This document shows, piece after piece, positions 28,674 to 38,613 of a stretch of 64,000 bases of DNA. A program made the translations under genes and the position numbers. Every line of letters starts with the position of its first letter. Position 1 is the first letter of the stretch. Below the pieces are notes generated by a model that worked only from the letters and a program-made list of their open reading frames with translations, was not told the DNA's origin and made no database searches. This DNA comes from Clostridia bacterium. Lineage in GTDB: Bacteria; Bacillota; Peptococcia; Peptococcales; BICA1-8. The DNA lies in the NCBI GenBank assembly GCA_030154225.1, contig JASKKI010000004.1, positions 2,710 through 66,709 on the forward strand, given 5' to 3'.

Positions 28674-28944
28674 ACTGTTCTGGGGAATGATGATAAGTAG
28701 AGTGTTGTGAATTGTATTGATTAACCTGCTCATACTTATTTAACAACTCCATCTCGCCCAAATTTTTAGCAACCTGATCTCTAATCACTGCAATGTGTTT
28801 TTCCTCCGCTTTGGCCAGATCAGCAAAAAGAGCCGCCATCTCCTGGTTACCACTATCCTGAGCCTCTCGCATGTATCTTATATATTGAATTAAGGCCTGC
28901 TCCTTTTGATGTAGTGCTTCTTGTAAATGACTAACAGTATGCAT
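28672..28944 (-). CDS. hypothetical helical protein
   Basis: 90-aa ORF with SD upstream. No family recognised. Confidence 0.4.
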   Translation of the reverse strand: MHTVSHLQEALHQKEQALIQYIRYMREAQDSGNQEMAALFADLAKAEEKHIAVIRDQVAKNLGEMELLNKYEQVNQYNSQHSTYHHSPEQ

Positions 28945-29003
28945 AAAAACCCCCTTTTTTTAATTTTAGTATTCCATTTTGCCGAAAAAATATGAGAAAA
29001 TAA

Positions 29004-29782
29004 TTATTTAGCAGTATTGAAAGCCCAGGTTGCCAGCAGGATAAAGATAAAACCCATTATACCAATTACTGTAATATCATGGATAAAGGAAAATTGAATC
29101 ATAAAATCCCTGGCCGGAGAACCAGCAAAAAATATGTTACGTATAGCATCTACACCATAGGTCAGAGGATCCATCCTCATTAACGCTTCCATCCAGGCAG
29201 GTACTCCTTTTAAAGGAAACAGAGCACCACTTAAAAAAAACATTGGCATTATTAAAAAATTCATTATCATCTGGAACCCCTGCATTGTTTCCATTCGTGA
29301 AGCGATTATAATACCAAAAGATGTTAAGGCAAAGGAAATAAAAATAAAACAAACCAGAGCTTTATTAATGTTAGAATAGACAATCTTAAACCTATAAAAG
29401 GTGCAATAAATAATAAAATGCTGGCCTGGATCATAGAAATAGTACTACCTCCTAAAGCCTTACCCAAGGCAACAGCCCATCTGGGTACAGGAGCCACCAG
29501 GACTTCTTTTAAAAAACCAAATTCCCGGTCCCAAACAATAGAAATAGCTGAAAAAACAGAAGTAAATAATACTGACATACAAATAATACCAGGATACATA
29601 AAGTCTATATAATCAAAACCCTCTGGTAGTTGAACAGGTCTTATAGTAGATGCTAAACCCGTACCCATTATTAGCAGATATAATAAGGGCTGACCGATCA
29701 TACCAATAATTCTTGGTTTTTCTCTAAAAAACCTAATAATATCTCTGAACCAAATAACATAAATTCCTTTAATGGCTTTCAT
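29004..29782 (-). pseudogene. ABC-2 type transporter permease interrupted by a -1 frameshift
   Basis: The N-terminal 152 aa (29324-29782) and C-terminal 96 aa (29004-29294) are in different frames. Adding one base to the A5 run at 29340-29344 restores ...LIKLWFVLFFISFALTSFGIIIASRMETMQGF..., giving about 250 aa, normal for the family. ATGA overlap with the ATPase gene. Confidence 0.7.
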
Positions 29783-30756
29783 CTAAACCTACTCCTTCTA
29801 CTCATCCGGGATTTCATTATCTCTTTATTATCTAAAACTTCTTCTCTAATCTCCCTGCCCGTTAATTTCAGGAAAACATCGTTTAAGGTAGGCTTCCTAA
29901 GACTTATTGAGGTAATTTCATTAGGTAGTCTAGCAATTAGCCCGGGAATAAAGGTTTCACCTTTAGGAATTCTTAAACATATTCCATTTTCATTTATTTC
30001 AGCTTCTAAGTTTAACTGTTGGGTAATTTTCTGGAAAAGCTTTTCATTATCTAATGAAGTAAGGGTAATAATGTCACTAGAAACCAGTTCTTTCAGTTTT
30101 TCCGGTGTATCAAGAACAACAATCTGTCCATAATCAATAATTGCAATCCGGTCACAGTTTTCGGCCTCATCCATATAATGTGTGGTTAAAAAAATGGTCA
30201 CCCCCTCACTTTTTCTTAGCTGATGAATATACTCCCAGATACGGTTACGGGTTTGCGGATCAAGACCGACGGTAGGCTCATCTAAAAATAAAACCTTGGG
30301 ATAATGTAATAAACCTCTGGCTATTTCTAAACGCCGCTTCATCCCTCCAGAAAAAGTTTTAACTAACGAATTCATTCTTCCTGTCATTTCCACCATTTCC
30401 AAGACCTGCTTCATTCGTTTTTTATATACAACTTTGGGAATACCGTATAACATGGCATGAAACAAAAGGTTTTCCTTGGCTGTTAAGCGCTCATCCAATG
30501 TCGTTTCTTGAAAAACCAAACCTATAGAACTTCTGACCTTGTTAGGTTCACGTTTAACATCATATCCATTTAGAAAAGCTTGTCCTGAAGTCAAATCCAA
30601 TAAAGTAGCTAAAATTTTTATTGTAGTTGATTTACCTGCACCATTAGGTCCTAAAAAACCAAAAACCTCCCCTTCATTTACTGTAAAAGTGATATTATTA
30701 ACCGCTGTAAAGTCATTATACTTTTTTACCAAATTGTTAACTTCAATAACTTTCAA
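29779..30756 (-). CDS. ABC transporter ATP-binding protein (DrrA/ABC-2 type)
   Basis: Walker A GPNGAGKST, signature FSGGMKRR, Walker B VLFLDEP. Confidence 0.9.
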   Translation of the reverse strand: MKVIEVNNLVKKYNDFTAVNNITFTVNEGEVFGFLGPNGAGKSTTIKILATLLDLTSGQAFLNGYDVKREPNKVRSSIGLVFQETTLDERLTAKENLLFHAMLYGIPKVVYKKRMKQVLEMVEMTGRMNSLVKTFSGGMKRRLEIARGLLHYPKVLFLDEPTVGLDPQTRNRIWEYIHQLRKSEGVTIFLTTHYMDEAENCDRIAIIDYGQIVVLDTPEKLKELVSSDIITLTSLDNEKLFQKITQQLNLEAEINENGICLRIPKGETFIPGLIARLPNEITSISLRKPTLNDVFLKLTGREIREEVLDNKEIMKSRMSRRSRFR

Positions 30757-30844
30757 GTTTGTCCCACCTTATTTAATAAAAATATATTTAATTAAAATAA
30801 TTATATATTAACATTTACTAAAATTACCAGTTACGTTCAGAAAA

Positions 30845-30886
30845 TAAAAATAATAAGTAAGACCTTAAGGTTATACCCTAAGGTCT
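30845..30886 (-). terminator. intrinsic terminator after opuA operon 1
   Basis: AGACCTTAAGG / CCCTAAGGTCT stem (one mismatch) with a T-rich tail on the minus strand. Confidence 0.7.
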
Positions 30887-30892
30887 ATAATC

Positions 30893-32071
30893 TTAAACTA
30901 AATTAGAAAGAACAGTAACCCTTAAGATAATTCCTAAGAGCTTATTTTTATCATCCACAACGGCTATAGGATACTTGCTTTCAGTAGCATAAGGAATTAA
31001 TTCCTGTAAATAGGTTTCCGGTCCGGTGGTATAATAATCATGTTTTATAATATTCACTAATTTTTTGTTTTCTTTTACTGCCTTAATAGCATCATCTATA
31101 GTAACAAGTCCTTGCAACTTCCGCTCAGTATCAATAACAAAAATACTAGAAATACCGCTGTGCTCCATTTCCCTTATTGCTACTTTCAACCCATCTTTTA
31201 AAGAAACCAGGGCCGACGGCATAAACATAACATTTTTAGCTTGTAGTACTTTGGTGCGATCTATATCACGGACAAAATTCTTAATATATTCATTTTTAGG
31301 AGTAGCCAATATTTCTTCAGGTGTTCCGATTTGCTCAATAATCCCATCTTTCATAATGGCTACCCTTTCTCCTAATTTAAAAGCCTCATTTATATCATGG
31401 GTAATAAAGATAATAGTCTTCTTTAGTCTTGATTGGATTTCTAACAGTTCCTGCTGCATTTCCCTTTTAATTAAAGGGTCTAAAGCGCTAAAAGGTTCAT
31501 CCATTAATAATATATCCGGGTCATTGGCCAGGGCCCTAGCTAACCCAACCCTTTGCTGCATTCCTCCACTAAGTTCATTAGGATATTTATCTTCCCATCC
31601 ACATAATCCAACACTTTCCAGTGTTTTCTTAGCAATTTCATACCTTTCTTTTGTGTCAATTCCTTTTATTTCCAGACCGTATACTACATTATCTATCACC
31701 GTTCTATGGGTAAATAACCCAAAATGTTGGAAAACCATGGCTACTTTATCTTGTCGAAAAATTCTAAGCTTATCCTTATCATAATCTACAATATTTTCAC
31801 CATCAACAAATATTTTGCCTTCTGTGGGTTTATTTAATAGATTTAAACAACGAATCAAGGTAGATTTTCCACTACCAGACAAACCCATGATAACAAAAAT
31901 TTCACCTTCATTTACTTCAAAGGAAACATTGTATACTCCTACTGTATGACCCGTTTCGGCTAAAATTTCATCTTTAGAAAAACCCTGTTTCACTTTTGGT
32001 AAAACTCCCTTAGGATTTTTACCAAAAATCTTTGATAAATTTTCTACTTTTACTTTAATGGTCATCATCAT
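30893..32071 (-). CDS. opuAA: glycine betaine/proline betaine ABC transporter ATPase with tandem CBS domains
   Basis: Walker A GLSGSGKST, LSGGMQQRVGLARAL, ILLMDEPFSALD, and a C-terminal CBS pair. Confidence 0.9.
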   Translation of the reverse strand: MMMTIKVKVENLSKIFGKNPKGVLPKVKQGFSKDEILAETGHTVGVYNVSFEVNEGEIFVIMGLSGSGKSTLIRCLNLLNKPTEGKIFVDGENIVDYDKDKLRIFRQDKVAMVFQHFGLFTHRTVIDNVVYGLEIKGIDTKERYEIAKKTLESVGLCGWEDKYPNELSGGMQQRVGLARALANDPDILLMDEPFSALDPLIKREMQQELLEIQSRLKKTIIFITHDINEAFKLGERVAIMKDGIIEQIGTPEEILATPKNEYIKNFVRDIDRTKVLQAKNVMFMPSALVSLKDGLKVAIREMEHSGISSIFVIDTERKLQGLVTIDDAIKAVKENKKLVNIIKHDYYTTGPETYLQELIPYATESKYPIAVVDDKNKLLGIILRVTVLSNLV

Positions 32072-32079
32072 CCACTTCC

Positions 32080-32958
32080 CTATTCTGGATACTTAAAGCG
32101 ATTAGCAATTCCCTGGGTCAATCTGTCAATAATAATTGCTAAAAAAACAATACTAACTCCTGCTTCAAATCCTTTGGCTATATCTATTCTATTAATAGCA
32201 ATCAGTACTTCCATTCCCAGACCTTTGGCTCCTATCATGGAGGCGATAACAACCATAGCTAAGGCCATCATGGTTGTTTGATTAATTCCTGCCATTATTG
32301 TTGGTAAGGCTTGAGGTAACTGAACCTTTATCAGGGTTTGCCAAGAAGAAGAACCAAAAGCATGGGCAGCTTCTACCATTTCCTTAGGAACCCTTCTGAT
32401 GCCCAGATCAGTCAATCTAATAACCGGTGGTATAGCATAAATAATGGTAGCAAAAACCGCTGGAACTTTTCCTAAACCAAAAAGCATCAATACAGGAATT
32501 AAATAAACAAAGCTGGGCATGGTTTGCATAGCATCTAAAATAGGTCTCATAATAGTATTAAACTTGTCGAAATATGCCGTTAAAATTCCTAAAGGAACAC
32601 CTAGAAGTAATGAAATTACAACAGAAGATAAAACTATGGCCAAGGTCATCATCATGTGGTCCCATAGCCCAAATGTACCTATTATAAAAATTAATAAAGA
32701 AAAAACTAATCCTACTTTAATGTTTTTTAGTTTCCAACCAACTACGAAAACAAATAGTAGAACAAGCCACCAAGGTAACCAGAGTAAAAACTTTTCTATT
32801 CGTATTAAAAACCACAATATGGAGTGAGTAATAGCATCGAAAACACTCTGATAATCTGTGTATAACCATTTTACAAATTTAGCTACATATATTCCTACTT
32901 GAAATCTTAATGTCTCGGGAAATCCACCCATTTTTATCACCCATTTCTTTTTACACAA
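32080..32958 (-). CDS. opuAB: glycine betaine ABC transporter permease
   Basis: BPD_transp_1-type permease with strong similarity to the second copy at 56626-57465 (MQTMPSFVYLIP, PPVIRLT, EAAHAFGSS). True start may be the internal MGGFPE. Confidence 0.9.
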   Translation of the reverse strand: MCKKKWVIKMGGFPETLRFQVGIYVAKFVKWLYTDYQSVFDAITHSILWFLIRIEKFLLWLPWWLVLLFVFVVGWKLKNIKVGLVFSLLIFIIGTFGLWDHMMMTLAIVLSSVVISLLLGVPLGILTAYFDKFNTIMRPILDAMQTMPSFVYLIPVLMLFGLGKVPAVFATIIYAIPPVIRLTDLGIRRVPKEMVEAAHAFGSSSWQTLIKVQLPQALPTIMAGINQTTMMALAMVVIASMIGAKGLGMEVLIAINRIDIAKGFEAGVSIVFLAIIIDRLTQGIANRFKYPE

Positions 32959-33027
32959 TTATGAACAAGAGTAGTTGGTATTTTTACCAACTACTCTATT
33001 AAGTACCAACTTCTACTTTTTTTACAA

Positions 33028-34095
33028 TTATTGGATAGCTGTTTTTACTTTTTCTGCTACATCTGCTGGTACCCATTTGGTCCAAATATCTTCTTTATTT
33101 TGTAAAAACCATTTCGCAGCAGCATCGGTATCAACATTATTATCTTGCATGTAAGCTAATGCTTCACTGGTCAAAGAACTGCTGGTTTTATATTTTTTCA
33201 GGAATTCAACGACATCGGGAGCCGTTTCCGGCATTTTATTATTTACAGCTATAGTTACTTTTACTGCTGGAAATGCACAGCCAAAATTTTCATCCCATTT
33301 TTCATCACTATATTCCGGAGCTTCTAATAAGGTCATATCATATTTACCCATTATCCAGGTGGGCTCCCAGTAATAACCTACCCAGGGTTCACCCTTTTCC
33401 ACGGCTTTGGTAATGGAAGCAGCAAGGGCGGAATCAGATCCGGGTCTAAAGTAATTAAATTTTTCAGAAAGCTTAAATGTCTCCATTTGCTTACTTAAGA
33501 TTTCATCGACCTTCCAACCGGCCGGGGAACCAACAATACGTCCTTTACTAGGATCTTCAGGATCTTTAAATAATTCCCAGTATTAAGGTAAATCGAAAAC
33601 TGATTTTAAATCAGGTGCTAGTGGTTTTATTCCTTTATCAGTATCACCTTTAATAACATAGGTAGGAACATATAAACCTTGTGCATTATCATCAAAGTTG
33701 GTAGAAACCTCTATTATATCCCCCGAATTAATTGCTTCGGTATATATCTCAAGAATATTCTGAGTCCAGACTTCCATGTAAATATTAATATCGCCCCTTC
33801 TTAATCCCGTAAAAGTAGCCGGAGTAGAACCGGGAATTACATCAGTTTTATACCCGTATCCATTTTCTATAATCGTTTTAGCCACACTATTATGGAATCT
33901 AATACTATCCCATCCTGCATCAGCAAAAACTAAAGTAGGTTTCTCTTTTTGAACAGGTTGCTGCTTTTCTGCTTTTTTTCCATCAGGGTTGCCTTCCTCT
34001 TTTTCATTGGAACATCCTACTGATAATAATAACGCACCAATTAATAAAATTATTAATAACAATTTAGAAAAGTTCTTTATTTCTAAAGAAGTCAC
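33028..34095 (-). pseudogene. opuAC: glycine betaine-binding lipoprotein (OpuAC-like) with an in-frame TAA
   Basis: The 170-aa and 152-aa ORFs are in the same frame, separated by one TAA (complement of 33583-33585). Read-through text is ...KSVFDLP*YWELFKDPEDPSKGRIVGSPAGWKVDEILSKQMETFKL.... Lipobox LLLSVGC at the N-terminus. Confidence 0.8.
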
Positions 34096-34277
34096 TATAA
34101 CACTCTCCCCTTTTTTATATTATTGTTTAATTTTATTACACAATCTCCTGTTAATCAAAATCCAAAAAATACAATTATCTTACTTTATAGGGTACAAGCT
34201 CTCAATAATTAATATATTCCCATTTTTTCGCAACAACTCATTAAATTAAAACGAATTGCCTGTAGGCACCTATAAAA

Positions 34278-34297
34278 GAGCATCATAACTGATGCTC
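34278..34297 (-). terminator. terminator hairpin overlapping the UbiD stop codon
   Basis: GAGCATCA-nnnn-TGATGCTC stem followed by TTTTAT on the minus strand. Confidence 0.6.
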
Positions 34298-36050
34298 AAA
34301 AATAACTTTTCCATTTTTTATTTACAAGCTTTACTATATCTTCTTTAGGCTCCAGTTCTTTGGGATAATGAGGCTTCATCCGAGCATCAATAATAATCGG
34401 TCCTTCATATAGTACTTTATTATGCTTTATCCTACTTTTAGCATAAATATCTAAGGCAGGGTCAAATCTGGTAAACACAGTCCAGAGAAAATCTGTTTGA
34501 TTGTTAATTTTTTTTATGTCATCTACAATTATAACTAAAGGCCACTTATTAAAATTTTCCTGCCCTAATTCAACTAATTTTAGAGGTAAGTCAGGATCAG
34601 CTTCAAAAGTTTTACCACATACCATTAAACAACCACCACAATAGACCTTTATACCAGTCACACCTGGAATTTCTTTTCCTGTATATATTCTGGGTAATTC
34701 TCGTATTTCTTGACCTACCCCAGTAATAATAGCCTTACTACCCATGTTAAACTTACGACCAGTATAATCTAAGGTATCCATAGAAGTATCATTAATGATT
34801 AATAAATCACGGGCTGGATTAAACCTTTTTAAAATTTCCTCCAATGTCTCTGCAAAATCAGGTAAGTTTGCATTAACATCTGTCAATAATAAGACTTTAG
34901 TTAAAGTTAATTGTCCTTCTCCCAATATTCTAAATCCATGGGCTAAAGCTTCTCGATAATAGCTTTCCCTAACAATTGCTGCAGCCAGCGAATGGAAACC
35001 CGTTTCGGCATAGGTCCATAAAGCTTTGACACCGGGCATAACCACAGGAAAGATAGGTGATAAAAGGCTTTGTAGATATTCACCAATGTAATAATCCTCC
35101 TGGCGAGGTTTACCTACAATGGTAGCAGGGTATATTGCATCTCTTCGGTGATAGACCCTTTTAATATTAAATACTGGAAAATTATGTGCTAAAGAATAAT
35201 AACCATAATGATCCCCAAATGGACCTTCTAGTTTTCTTACCTTGGGAGGTACTTCTCCACAAAAAGCAAACTCTGCCCGAGCAATTAATGAATGTGCATA
35301 TTTTTTTATTTTTACCATTTCTAATTTTTCCCCCATTAAAAAGGAAGTAAAAATAAGTTCAGGCAATACTTCTGGTAAAGGAGCAATAGCAGCGAGAATT
35401 AAGGCTGGAGGCCCACCTAAAAAAACCGTAACCGGTAAAGACTGGTTTAACATTTCCGCTTCATAATAATGAAAGCCCCCACCTTTATGGATTTGCCAGT
35501 GCATACCTGTCTGGTCTTTACCTTGGACTTGCATCCTGTACATGCCCAGGTTATGTTCGGTTCTCCGGGGGTGCTCGGTATATACTAAAGGTAAAGTAAA
35601 AAAAGGTCCACCGTCTTCGTGCCAAGTGGTTAAAATAGGAAGCCTTTTTAAATTAACATTTTGTTCTTCTACCTCCAATAAAGGTGCAACATTTCTACTA
35701 ATAGTTTTTGTTCCTACTTTTGTTAATTTTAAGAGCCAATTGCGTTCTTGCCATAATGTAGGTATTTTGGGAGGGAGTAGCTTGTCCATGGCTTTAACCA
35801 TTTTTCGAACGATCTCTTCCGGTTGCGAGCCAATCGCCAATTCTACCCTTTTTCTTGTACCAAAAAGATTTGTTACAACCGGAAATTTACTATCCTTCAC
35901 TTTAGTAAAAAGTAACGCCGGTCCCTCCTCGGCAATTACCCTTCTATGTATCTCCGCCAATTCCAAATAAGGGTCAACTTCTAACTTTACCTCAATTATT
36001 TCTCTTTCTCTTTTTAAAGTGGTAATAAACTCCCTTAAATCTTTATGCAC
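34296..36050 (-). CDS. UbiD-family (prenyl-FMN dependent) decarboxylase
   Basis: 584 aa. UbiD-type N-terminus (DLREFITTLKREREIIEV...DPYLELAEI...GPALLF) and central GMYRMQV motif. Confidence 0.85.
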   Translation of the reverse strand: MHKDLREFITTLKREREIIEVKLEVDPYLELAEIHRRVIAEEGPALLFTKVKDSKFPVVTNLFGTRKRVELAIGSQPEEIVRKMVKAMDKLLPPKIPTLWQERNWLLKLTKVGTKTISRNVAPLLEVEEQNVNLKRLPILTTWHEDGGPFFTLPLVYTEHPRRTEHNLGMYRMQVQGKDQTGMHWQIHKGGGFHYYEAEMLNQSLPVTVFLGGPPALILAAIAPLPEVLPELIFTSFLMGEKLEMVKIKKYAHSLIARAEFAFCGEVPPKVRKLEGPFGDHYGYYSLAHNFPVFNIKRVYHRRDAIYPATIVGKPRQEDYYIGEYLQSLLSPIFPVVMPGVKALWTYAETGFHSLAAAIVRESYYREALAHGFRILGEGQLTLTKVLLLTDVNANLPDFAETLEEILKRFNPARDLLIINDTSMDTLDYTGRKFNMGSKAIITGVGQEIRELPRIYTGKEIPGVTGIKVYCGGCLMVCGKTFEADPDLPLKLVELGQENFNKWPLVIIVDDIKKINNQTDFLWTVFTRFDPALDIYAKSRIKHNKVLYEGPIIIDARMKPHYPKELEPKEDIVKLVNKKWKSYF

Positions 36051-36135
36051 AATGTTTCACCCCAATCTACTCGTTGATACATCTAGAATTACACCTACCC
36101 CAGGTTATAACTAATTTTTCTAAACTAAGCAGTAG

Positions 36136-36504
36136 TCATAAGGTGCCAGGCACTAGCTTTTCTATCAAAATTTGGGCAGCCTTTAGAGAATAATTTAATA
36201 GAATATCTATCTCTTCCTTTGTTGCATTATCAATGTGAATCCCACCTACTATAACCACTTTTTCACCAGCAGCTTGGCATATTAATTGGGCCATAGGCTT
36301 AAAAGCAACCGCATCTTTATGTTGGGGAGCAGAAACTTCTTTAATTTCATATCCACTAGGAGTAGGCAAAGCCATTACCGCCGCACCCACATGGGGCTTC
36401 TCCCCTCCCCCAACAATAATTATTATACCATCACTGGTAATGGTGGCTTTTAATTTAATTAAATAACGATTTTCACCAAAAGTAATCATTAGCTCTTTCA
36501 TCAT
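36136..36504 (-). CDS. small protein, possibly LpdD-like partner of UbiD decarboxylases
   Basis: 122 aa immediately downstream of the UbiD gene. GGGEKPHVGAAV segment. Assignment is from memory of the LpdD family and is uncertain. Confidence 0.35.
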   Translation of the reverse strand: MMKELMITFGENRYLIKLKATITSDGIIIIVGGGEKPHVGAAVMALPTPSGYEIKEVSAPQHKDAVAFKPMAQLICQAAGEKVVIVGGIHIDNATKEEIDILLNYSLKAAQILIEKLVPGTL

Positions 36505-36574
36505 ACTATCTCCATAAGTTTATCCTTTAAATAATATCATATCCAAATAAGGAGTACACCCCTTAACAATTAAC

Positions 36575-36606
36575 ACAAAAAAGATACCCTAAATAAGTAT
36601 CTTTTT
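36575..36606 (-). terminator. intrinsic terminator after lplA
   Basis: GATAC/GTATC core extended by A/T pairs, with a T-run on the minus strand. Confidence 0.6.
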
Positions 36607-36651
36607 AAATTATAATATAATAACTTAACAAACTCTCATTTTCTCTTTTAA

Positions 36652-37632
36652 TCAAAAAATACAGGATAAAAATTCTTCTAACGTTACCTGTCCAAAATAT
36701 TTTTCCAACTTAACTTTTTCTAATTTTTCTTTAATTTCTTCTTGATCATATTTATTACCGATAAGTAGTTGTTCCAAATCCCCTATATCTTCATTACTAA
36801 AGAAATCACCAAATATTTTGGCATCTTTAATTAATCCTTTATCAACTTCCAGTCTAATATCGATTTTACCACAGGCAAAACGATGAGCCTTATTAAAGTT
36901 AAAGGTCGGTGAAGAACCATAATTCCATTCCCAAGTACTATATTTTTCCCGCATCAACTTTTTGATGTTTTCTAAATCGGCTTCACTTAGTTTATACTCT
37001 ATAATGGGTTTATCATCAAAAAGGGTCTTTAATAGTATTTGTTTAAATTCCTGTATAGAGACGGGATTTACCAGATAATCAACAACATTAGTAACTCTAC
37101 TTCGTACAGATTTTACAGCTTTAGAAGTGAATTTTTCGTGATTTACATTAAGAGCAGCTTGTACATCTTCCAGATTTGAGTTAAATAATATAGTACCATG
37201 GTGAAGTACCTTTCCTTTATAAATATACTGGGCATTTCCAGAAAACTTTTTACCATCTATTGCTATATCATTTCTGCTATTATGTTCAGCTTTAACCCCT
37301 ATCTTTGCCAGTGCTTTAACTATCCGCTCATTATATTTTCTAAAATCAATATTTTCACTTTCAGTCTTTTCAATGAAAGAAAAATTCAAATTTCCCAGGT
37401 CGTGATAAACTGCCCCTCCTCCTGTGATCCTGCGAACAACATTAATATTCCTGTTCTTAATAAATTCTACATTTATTTCTTCAAGAGTATTCTGAAACCT
37501 TCCTATAATCACTGATGGCGCATTTTGCCATAATAAAATAAAAGGATTATCAGGTTCTAAATACTTAATAACATATTCTTCCAGAGCAAGATTAAATCTC
37601 GGATCTAAAGATTCATTTCTAATATATTGCAC
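36652..37632 (-). CDS. lplA: lipoate--protein ligase
   Basis: 326 aa. RRITGGGAVYHDLGN and GKKFSGNAQ (lipoyl-AMP-binding Lys) motifs. Confidence 0.9.
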   Translation of the reverse strand: MQYIRNESLDPRFNLALEEYVIKYLEPDNPFILLWQNAPSVIIGRFQNTLEEINVEFIKNRNINVVRRITGGGAVYHDLGNLNFSFIEKTESENIDFRKYNERIVKALAKIGVKAEHNSRNDIAIDGKKFSGNAQYIYKGKVLHHGTILFNSNLEDVQAALNVNHEKFTSKAVKSVRSRVTNVVDYLVNPVSIQEFKQILLKTLFDDKPIIEYKLSEADLENIKKLMREKYSTWEWNYGSSPTFNFNKAHRFACGKIDIRLEVDKGLIKDAKIFGDFFSNEDIGDLEQLLIGNKYDQEEIKEKLEKVKLEKYFGQVTLEEFLSCIF

Positions 37633-37686
37633 AATCCATACCTCCTACATATCAGTTTATTGCCAAAATTATAACATAAAAGATAC

Positions 37687-37712
37687 TAAAAAAAGGACCC
37701 TATCTAGGGTCA
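37687..37712 (-). terminator. intrinsic terminator after cbiO
   Basis: GACCC-TATCTA-GGGTC hairpin flanked by A7/T7 runs. Confidence 0.65.
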
Positions 37713-37750
37713 TAAAAAAAGAAAGTAGAGTAGAATTGTATGACAAAACA

Positions 37751-38608
37751 TTAATTACAAGTACTATGCAAATTTCTAATTATATTGATAATTTCTTCCC
37801 TTGTCCTGGGAATTTTAGTGTATTCAGCTATTTCGGTGTTTCCCATTAATTCATCAAAGATTTCGAGGACCCAGGGCTTTATAAGATTTGCTTTCTTAAG
37901 AATATTCTCATTTCTAAAAACTTCTTCCGGTAACCCTTGAGCAATAATTTCACCAGCATTAATAACAAAAACATAATCTGCCCAAGCATATATTTCATCT
38001 ATATTATGGCTGGAAAGAACTATAGTAGTTCCATTTTTATTAAAATCATCCAATAACTTCATGATCTGACCGGTATAAATGGGATCCAAACCAGCTGTAG
38101 GCTCATCCAGGATAATGATTTCTGGCTCCATTACTAAAATCCCGGCAATGGCAACCCGTTTTTTTTGCCCATGACTTAAAGAATGGGTAGGTTTATCCCT
38201 TAAATCCCATGTTCCAGTTTGCTTCATTACCTTTTCAATCTTTGCTCTTATTTTGTTTTCTGGCCAACCTAAATTTACAGGACCAAAGGATATATCTTGA
38301 TAGACACTGGCAGAGAAAAGCTGGTTATCAGGATCCTGGAAAACTATCCCAATATTTTTTCGTAAAGTTTTTAATTGGGTCTTATTATAACTTAGCTTTT
38401 CACCTTTAAATAGGATTTCACCTTTTTGGGGCCGATGAACACCATTAAAATGCAAAAATAAAGTAGTTTTACCTGCTCCATTATTTCCCACTACGGCAAT
38501 TTTCTTGCCTTGGGGGATTTTTAATGAAAGGTCTTTAATGGCTTTAGTACCGTCTAGATACGAAAATTCAATTTTTTTTGCTTCTAATATGTATTGAAAC
38601 ATTTGCAA
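37751..38608 (-). CDS. cbiO: cobalt ECF transporter ATPase
   Basis: Walker A GNNGAGKTT, LSHGQKKRVAIAG, IIILDEPTAGLD. Last gene of the cbiMNQO cluster. Confidence 0.85.
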   Translation of the reverse strand: MQMFQYILEAKKIEFSYLDGTKAIKDLSLKIPQGKKIAVVGNNGAGKTTLFLHFNGVHRPQKGEILFKGEKLSYNKTQLKTLRKNIGIVFQDPDNQLFSASVYQDISFGPVNLGWPENKIRAKIEKVMKQTGTWDLRDKPTHSLSHGQKKRVAIAGILVMEPEIIILDEPTAGLDPIYTGQIMKLLDDFNKNGTTIVLSSHNIDEIYAWADYVFVINAGEIIAQGLPEEVFRNENILKKANLIKPWVLEIFDELMGNTEIAEYTKIPRTREEIINIIRNLHSTCN

Positions 38609-38613
38609 ACCTC

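Noticed and set aside
29137-29352. 71-aa ORF overlapping the junction of the split ABC-2 permease.
   Set aside because: It is in the third frame across the frameshift region and has no SD. It is explained by the permease pseudogene reading.
31065-31784. Long antisense ORFs inside well-supported genes: 31065-31784 (239 aa), 46814-47284, 35542-35970, 13392-13757, 57841-58167 and 37198-37515.
   Set aside because: They lie opposite strongly recognisable genes (opuAA, buk, ubiD, AKR, opuAA-2, lplA). They lack SD sequences and have low-complexity Ser/Ile/Phe/Lys-rich composition, typical of shadow ORFs in AT-rich genomes.
33583-33585. In-frame stop in opuAC as programmed recoding (selenocysteine/pyrrolysine-type).
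   Set aside because: The codon is TAA, not TGA or TAG. No SECIS/PYLIS-like context was seen. Nonsense mutation or sequencing error is the parsimonious reading.
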